This document shows positions 56,171 through 64,000 of a stretch of 64,000 nt of DNA, piece after piece. Location: NCBI GenBank assembly GCA_040954595.2, contig CM082593.2, positions 2,869,434-2,933,433 on the forward strand, read 5' to 3'. The stretch is from Balanoglossus misakiensis. Its lineage: Eukaryota; Animalia; Hemichordata. The notes under the pieces were generated by a model that saw nothing but the letters and a program-made list of their open reading frames with translations, had not been told where the DNA came from and did no database searches. Every line of letters begins with the position of its first letter. The first letter of the stretch is position 1. The translations under genes were made by a program, and so were the position numbers.

Positions 56171-59100
56171 AAGTTGAAAGTTTTCGTTTCTATATCCTCA
56201 TATAAATCTCTTGATAGTTATCTCAAGATTGATTTTGTCTAGTAATTATAAGTTACGCCAAATGAAAATTCACTACGAGGAAATACAAAGGCACTGGTGA
56301 TCGCGTCTTGCCATGCGACAAAAAGCAGGGCGGATGTACATGCATGTCCAGTTGACAAGGCGCATGCCCTGTGTGGGAAGCAACTATCACAATGATAAAT
56401 TTGCCATGACAACACGAGATGCTGCAAAGATCGATCAAAGCCTCTCATCTGTCTTGTACCAGAAAATAACGACACGAAGACATGCATGGGGGATGCCACG
56501 CGCAAGCGAGGAAGGGAAGCCCCCAGGGGGTTTGGCAGCAATTGAGTCGCTATTCAAAGAGCTTCCCAAGTCTTGGAGATGAAAACGAATGGGAGGAAAG
56601 AACTTAATGATCTGCATATTAGATGCAAATGAACTCGGCGGTGGCTACTAGTATTACGCTGCGAGTTTCCAGCGTTTGTACATAGCACGTGTAAACGTCG
56701 GAGTTTTGCTCTCCTTATACCCTTGAATGGGTGGGTGATTGTGTATTTTCATGATTATTAGCAACAGTTGCATTTCTTGTCCTTTCTTGATTCAAATCGT
56801 CACGTCGCACTGGTTTGCTGTCATACAGAAAAGTCACATGCTATGAATTGATACAATATAAGCATGGGGTCGGGTTTAAGGTTGAGTTAGGGATTGGCCG
56901 TGCTGTAGCCTGTCGGTCACAATTAAACAGCCACGGTTGTTTTCCTGAACACGCGACTGACTGATGACCGGGCAAAACTTCGGAGATGCCCCCAAACCCC
57001 CTTGAGGGGTGCCACCTCTTTATGTTTTCGCACGTCGTAAAAATTCCGCCCCACAGTCGTGAAACAAGGAGGGATATTCATCAAATTGGTTAATGCGATC
57101 GTATCTATCACGCAGTGTCTTCTGCGAATTGCCCAATATCGCCAAGAAGTGACGGCATCTTACAACGAGTGCTGATAACCAACTAGATAAAGATTGGATT
57201 CGGCGACCCGACTGACCTCTCCATATTAGCCGTGTTGTTCAATTACCAGCGAAATGATATCGTTATAAATCATGCGATATGAAGCATTGCTATTATAAAT
57301 TCGTCAAAGCGTAACATCGATAAAATCCTTAGATTGCTTTGCCTGTGTCCGCGGTAATCGATGGTGCGGCTTCTTGTATTTTGCATTCCGCGTAATTTAT
57401 ATTTTGCGAAACAGCTAGTCAAATTTATACGCTCGGAATTCTAATTGGGCCGGCTGTCTTCCTTTGATTCAGTAGTAATCACCATCACTCTCGTTATATA
57501 TACATTTTTTCTCGGGAATCCGACAGTACAGTTACCGAGTTTTGCGTTTTATTAATATCGTTCGAAACATTATATTAAATTCCTTCACTTCGAAGGTCCA
57601 TTACTATGGAAAATTGCTGCCTTGTGTTGATTAGAATTTAACATCAATAATTTGCAAAATTTATGAAATATTATCCACAGGAATGCAGAAGCGGCTCATC
57701 ACCATTCAGTGCTAATTAATGCATTTTAAAAATATGAATATGCATGAGGTCGGTAATCGTTGTTTCCTTAATGATCTGGGCAGGACGCTGGGCGCCGCAC
57801 CAGCTGGTTTAGAGTAAACTTTTCCTAATTAAATGTTTTGTATTAATTGATGGATGATGTGCGATTCGATGAAGCCAATCCCAAGGTACAAATATTAAAT
57901 CGTTTGCCCCCACATTTGATGGATATTTTCGAGGTAAGCCGATATCTGTTCCCGCATTCTGTATGAACACCTGAGAACATCCGTTAACAAAATCGTTAAC
58001 AATTTTACTCGGTTAAAATAAGCATGTTAAACTGAAAATATTGCAAAATCATTACAAAGCCCTAAAATCGCTGCTCCAAAGAGGTGTTTAGCATACAATA
58101 ACGTGATCTTAAAAGCGCGAAAACGTTAGGCATAGCATTTGCATTTCTGCCTTAAATCGAGGGAGTGTTATACGTGTTATAAAGTGACCAGTGAAACAAT
58201 GAGGTGCTTATGAAATGTTACGTTTTAGGGTGAGTGTTATTTATGCTCTTTGTAACAGTTTTACGTGAGTGGAGTCTCGTAAATATCCTCGAAGGGGATA
58301 TGCGTCATAAGTCGTGACAAGTCAGTCGCTTCTTCGCGGAAACAAGTTGAGCTGGTACACCCACTAAGGGCTCACGATTCCCCGTTTTTTCTGGTCATAT
58401 ATTTTGTAGTATCTCTCCCGTCAATCTCCAAGATTTCCTCGTAAATATCATCTTTCGGGGTCTAATTTTAATACAAACTGGCGAATCGTGTTCACCGTGC
58501 ATGGACCGTGCTATATCGCTTAGAATCAAGATTGTTTGGTACAGGTAAAGGGTGTGACCGCGCTTTATTGAGTCTGGTGGGTTTTTTTGCTTGTATGATA
58601 AAATTGAATCAAATTGAATAGCTACGGAAAAAAAATTAACATTTTATACACTTTCCGGTTTTTTTAAATTACGCGAAAAAAACTGCAATTTTCTGCCTCC
58701 TGACTGCACCCGCGAACTCTTAGGAAAGTCTTGAACACTGTCCGTTCCCATGGCAACCGTTTCCGACGACATTGACACGACGTCTTCCGTGAAACGACGA
58801 ACGGCGGAGAAATTACTATACGGAACGCGGGAACCTTTGCAGAACCGCTGCAGTAAATTTGCATTAAACTCCTGTTTGTCCATAACTGTGTGCCCCGAGC
58901 ACCAAATGCTTGGTATACTAAACAACGCCACCTGAATGTCGATTGTCTAGAGGCGATTATTGTCACACGCCCATAGATGGACAGTAGCTGTCAATCAGGG
59001 CGCATCAATTAATGTTTTGCTTTATCTCAAAATGTATGATTTGAAGCACACATGCCGCCATAGGACAAAGCGATAAACCATGTGTGTATTGCGTAAATGT

Positions 59101-62100
59101 ATGATATATTTTACAATTTCCAAATCTTCAAAACGCGTCAAGTGTTCTGGAATGCGAATGCCAGATAGCTGTGTTTAATCTCCCCATTACACTTTAATTT
59201 CCCATCAGTACCCGGGATTTTACTTGCTCTATCACGTCGTTAATCGCGCAGTCCCATCTTTACGAATTCCATCCGCGGCTACCTGAGAACAATCTAGTTT
59301 TTGTTTCGGGGAGAAAAACAATCTGGAGGTTATTGGCTTAATGGACGATAGGAAGAAACAAAAGTGACTTGTCGATGGGTAATGAAGGCACGTGAGACAC
59401 GAGGAAGAAATGAAAATCGACTTCAAACCCGAGCAATGTGCGAAACCCAATCAAAGTCAAATGAAAAGTGTCGCGAGATAGGTTCCCCCTCTGGGGGTGT
59501 GGGGCTGATTTGGTCATTGATAAAAAACAGACCCGCGAAGGCTTGATGGAATACGTTGTTTAGTCAATTCCATTCTCAGTACCGCGTTCTTGGATCATTT
59601 TACCGCCTGATCAACACGTCATATTTGATTCCTCGCCGCGACGATGAAAGTGATAGCGAGCGAAGGAGTGACAAGCGACCAGGGAACACTATTGAAATTT
59701 CAAGACGGTCGCCTGTCACGTTCATTACGAACGAACACCATAAATCATTCCTTGAGTATATGCTGTATATGATCAATCACGTGACAGCGGCCCTTCGCGA
59801 CTTCCATTATCCGAGAAATATAATCCGTGGTAATTTTACCTTTGTTGTTTCACGTTCAATCGCCTCGAAAAACGTTCACACCTAATGACAGACGTTTTCT
59901 TTGCGATTTGAACGAATATAGTATACTGAAAGTGGTTTTATGATTAGAAATGAATCTTTGTATGTTGCTCACGGAATTTTATCGAGTGGTGATCGTTAAA
60001 TACAGATGATACACATCGTGTGAAAGAGATGATCTTCCCTTGCAATCAAGGAGGCTGGAAATCCTTCTATTTATTCCGCTACTCACTTTGGAAGAATAGT
60101 CGATATGCAAATCAACAAGCTATATGTTAGCTCACGTGATTGCCGCCAATAAGTGACGCATCCTCTGACAATAAGTGAAAACTTGACATATTATAGAGGA
60201 GACTAACAGAAGAGCTACGCTGATCCGTTTCAAATTACTTTGTCACTTGTTAAGGTGTAATAGCTGTGATGTTTGGCAACTTCCTGTTCGTCATTCATGT
60301 CGTGTGCAGTCAATTTTCCATTTTGCATTTCTGCTCCGAAGGGTAGGTTAAGGTGCGGCTGCATGTTCCCTGCACGTTTTCCGTACAAGCGTTTCTCATC
60401 GAAGACAACGTGGAAACCCAAACAGAATTTACATATTCATCAAGCTGCGTACATGAACTCTACTTTGATTGGCTATTGTACTCAAAACCGAAAATTCAAA
60501 TTGGTCAAAAATCTTGGTACGTCCAAACGTGGCTAAACAGCGCCCCCTGAGAGCATACACCGTAGAACGGAAAAAAAAGTTAATGCTCCTCTGTAGAATA
60601 GTGAGCATCGACAATAAATATAATGCATTTCCTTGTCAATCACTTATGAATCTATGAACCACAATGCTGGTTCAACCAGTTTGATTACTGAACTCACGCA
60701 CACATTGTCACGTTTAAATCCTAAAGTACGTCTTTATCCAAAATTTCAGCAAAAAATTATCGAGTAATTATTCCACACGGAATATTCATACTCGCAATTG
60801 AATGGATGCGAATTTCATGGAGGAAAACTTTTAATCTGAAATGATTCGATAGAAATCTTCAGGTCATTGTTAGAGTCAGTTTGTTTCGCAAAAAGGACAA
60901 CTTTGTGACTTGAGTAGATTTGGTAAAGCGGCTAATTGTACGTAAACGTCTTAATTTTAAGTCGCTGATGGAAGCGTACAGATAAAATTGCACACGCTCT
61001 TATTTCATATCCAGTCGCGTTTGTCTTTCTCAATATGTCTGATCTCGGATTACGGTTTTATAAGATTCTTAAATTTCAAACGTTTTCTTCCGCGCCTCGT
61101 GAAAAGCATCAAATGTAGGAAATGTGTCATTTCGGGTTATGTGTATTGTATACTCGGGGATAATCCGGCTGCGGTGATTTATGGAGTTTTCGTGTTTTGT
61201 GGAAGCTTTTTTTATAGTAGAAGCCTTCACCCGACAACCCCTTTTCTGAACTTTGCACGGTGCTACGTTTACCGCGGCGCTGCGAGAATATCGCTGTACA
61301 GTTCATCATCGATATCGCGTGTGGCGCGCGATGCATAAATCTCCCGAAGTGTCAGATTAGCTTTGCTCCCCTCCCCCCCCCCCCCCGTTTTTTTTATTCA
61401 AACGATTCTCTTCGATCGAGAAATCACTGAGTATTCAATATGTCTCGCATTTCTGCGCCTCAATCGCCAGATTTCTCGATAACCCGATACACACTATTAC
61501 AGATTATATAATTACAATAGTATGGCACTTCAGAGAAACAGCACGGTTAACCATCAACCATGGCGCTTGGCTTAGCCGCGCGGGCGTTTATGGGCCTTCC
61601 GAGCAGCAGGCCTCTCTATGGAACCCTCGAAAACTATTAGCTCCCCACCTTAGACCCGACAGAAATATTCAAGCGCATTTATTTTTATGATCATATCTCC
61701 TTCCGCGCAACATTTGCATGCTAAGCGAAGTCAGAGTTGTCAAGAGAAAGGTCAGCGGAATCGTTAAGTTTCCCCCAAAGTTACTACCGGGAACCATTAA
61801 GAAGCCAGAAGTTCATATCTTAGAATGCATGCGATTTCCCAATTTGATGTTTAATATATTTAGTTATTGTTACTGCCGCTCGATTCCTTCAAGGAAAGAG
61901 AGCCCAAAATGTGATTCGAGTTATACTAATGGGACCGCGGGGAGCGAATTTATGAAACCCAGATTTGCGAAGCGTAAGGCTTCCAACGCCCCCGTTCCTC
62001 GCAGGTCACTATAAATATACAAGACTGCGAGGTCGGAGAATGCCATTTGTTTCTTGTGATCGATCAGGGGGCAATTTTAGGTGACGACGAGGGTTGACAC

Positions 62101-64000
62101 ATCGGAAAGGATCTCCGGGAAGACTATTGCTTTTTTTTCTCTGCAGTGATGGATGTCGACTTCTAAACGTCAATTGAAGCGAAATGCAGTGTGTTGTTCA
62201 ACTTCCTGACAAATTACCTCACAACAGTATATGCTATAGAGACCTCCAGTGCTACATTTACCCGGAATTTTGATTCCATCCGTCCGCCTGCTTGTCAGTT
62301 TATTCGATCTGCGTTCTTTACACGTCTTAATTGCGCTATCATTGCCCGGTGTCTTCCTACTCCGGGGTTTCTCAGTGCACGTTGGCGAATTCTATCAGGC
62401 CCTACCCCTATTACCATATCTTATCGTCTGCAAGAGCCCTGATGTTCATCTACGATCATAATGAACGGAACGCTCTAATCTGCGATCGTAATGTAACGTA
62501 TAGTCTCGTGAGAGTTCAACCAAATGAATTCATCAAGAGGAGCCACGAGAAATTAAGTTTAAAAAACAAATGTGTTCACACGGGGGTCCCACCATTCTTC
62601 CTCGCACGTTACTTCCGCTCGATCGTCAGCGGCAATAATTCATGCCGAACGGCGTATTTGATATTCATTTTCTAATCACAGTTCACTGACCCAGTCAAGG
62701 TCAGCGTATACAAAATTTTGGTTCATCAGGAGAACACGTTGTCTCATTTTTTCCCTGTAGCTCTTTGCCTCACTGGGAACGAGCCCCCTTCTTATCAGTC
62801 AGCGGACGTGTGATCACGAAGCCAACTCTCGCGGGTGATTTTACTACGAGAATTACAACATGATAGTGTACAAACTGTTTTCTCGTCATCCCCGAAGGCT
62901 TCACACATTTTTCACGTCTACAAGTTATATATCTGTTATAGCCAGGGCCGCGCATCGTTCATTTTCATCACTGCTAAATCATGATCAGTCCTAAATTGAG
63001 ACAAATTTCACGACGAGGGAGAATTTAAGGGTCAGAACGATTGATATCAGCCCTGAGGATACTGTGACGTCAGAAACGGGTTACAGAATGCACGAGTTCC
63101 CTTTTATTTGTCAAAAGGCGCCAATCTCTCCCAGACAATAATTGTACGCGTCCAAACGGTCTTATTATGTCTTCTACCGTACTATACCTCGCCATTTTCC
63201 TTCATTGCAATCAGAAATGCCCCGAATTTATGTCGAATTATCACATGTGTATGATTCAGAGTAATTTTTTTCTCAAAGTCTCTGCCCTTTCGGGTCAGCA
63301 GTTAGCAATCTTATATTTTCGAAGCAACTAACTAAAATTGGAAAGTGACCCGGATGAAGTGATATTGCCGAAAATTATACCAGGACTGGCGCCACTCCAA
63401 TAAAATTGGAATATTGTGTTGTTATTTCGGGAACCAAACTGATTGAAGGCTTTCTTAACTATTTTGTCCCTCTAACTACATTTTAGTGCCGCACGTAACG
63501 AATGGGCGGGAAGAAGATGCATTTGAATGATTTGCATATTACTCTCCGATCAAGACAGGTTAAGTGATTATGGTTTAACCCCAGCGGAACTGTAACATTT
63601 ATGCAAATGAGAATAAATGATGATCTTGAGATCATGCATATTCTACTTACTTTGGTCAAGTCTTGACAGTGCTGCTATTAGTACAGATCTTCCTTGGTTT
63701 CGATGTTTCATTTTTATCCTTCTTATCAAACGAACTAGCGCTTGGATAAACGCGAATCTTGCTCTTGTGGAAGTTTCTGTTAGACGAATAAACAAATTCG
63801 AACTTTAAAACACTGGATGAATCATATGAAGACATGTAAGGGAGAGATCTATTGAATTAAACAGGAGTGTTCGATATTCTAAAGTCAATCGCATAATTGA
63901 ATTAATCGTTTAATTTAACAGATTGAATGTTAAGCTATATCAATACAATCTAGTCTATTGTGGTGCGATTACCATTTCAAGTGAATTTGGTCGTAATTAA

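Noticed and set aside
51840-63808. Numerous 60-150 aa ORFs in the right-hand region
   Set aside because: No recognisable domains, no consistent splice or phase chain, and lengths compatible with chance.

Overview
This is eukaryotic genomic DNA from an invertebrate animal, with GT-AG introns and an AT-rich background. A deuterostome such as a hemichordate is my guess; the sequence does not prove it. Contents from left to right: (1) a ~3.2 kb array of an 87-bp satellite built from small palindromes, which produces the two spurious ~1080-aa ORFs; (2) a complete 19-exon tolloid/BMP1 astacin metalloprotease gene on the minus strand (~979 aa), with a 9.2-kb first intron and several MITEs in its introns; (3) an orphan 149-aa secreted Cys-rich protein gene with a single coding exon (minus); (4) a 275-bp tandem duplication; (5) a 6-exon Cys-loop/nicotinic receptor subunit lacking the loop-C vicinal cysteines (plus); (6) a 5-exon secreted Kazal + thyroglobulin type-1 mini-protein gene (plus); (7) a 4-exon class A neuropeptide-type GPCR gene (minus); (8) ~13.5 kb with no recognisable gene. 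All gene models were spliced by hand and checked for exon phase. The most interesting candidates are the orphan Cys-rich secreted protein upstream of tolloid, the Kazal-TY mini-inhibitor linked to tolloid (as TLL1 and SPOCK3 are linked in human), the Cys-less alpha-like nAChR subunit, and a 225-bp MITE with TAG..CTA ends and a 10-bp TSD.
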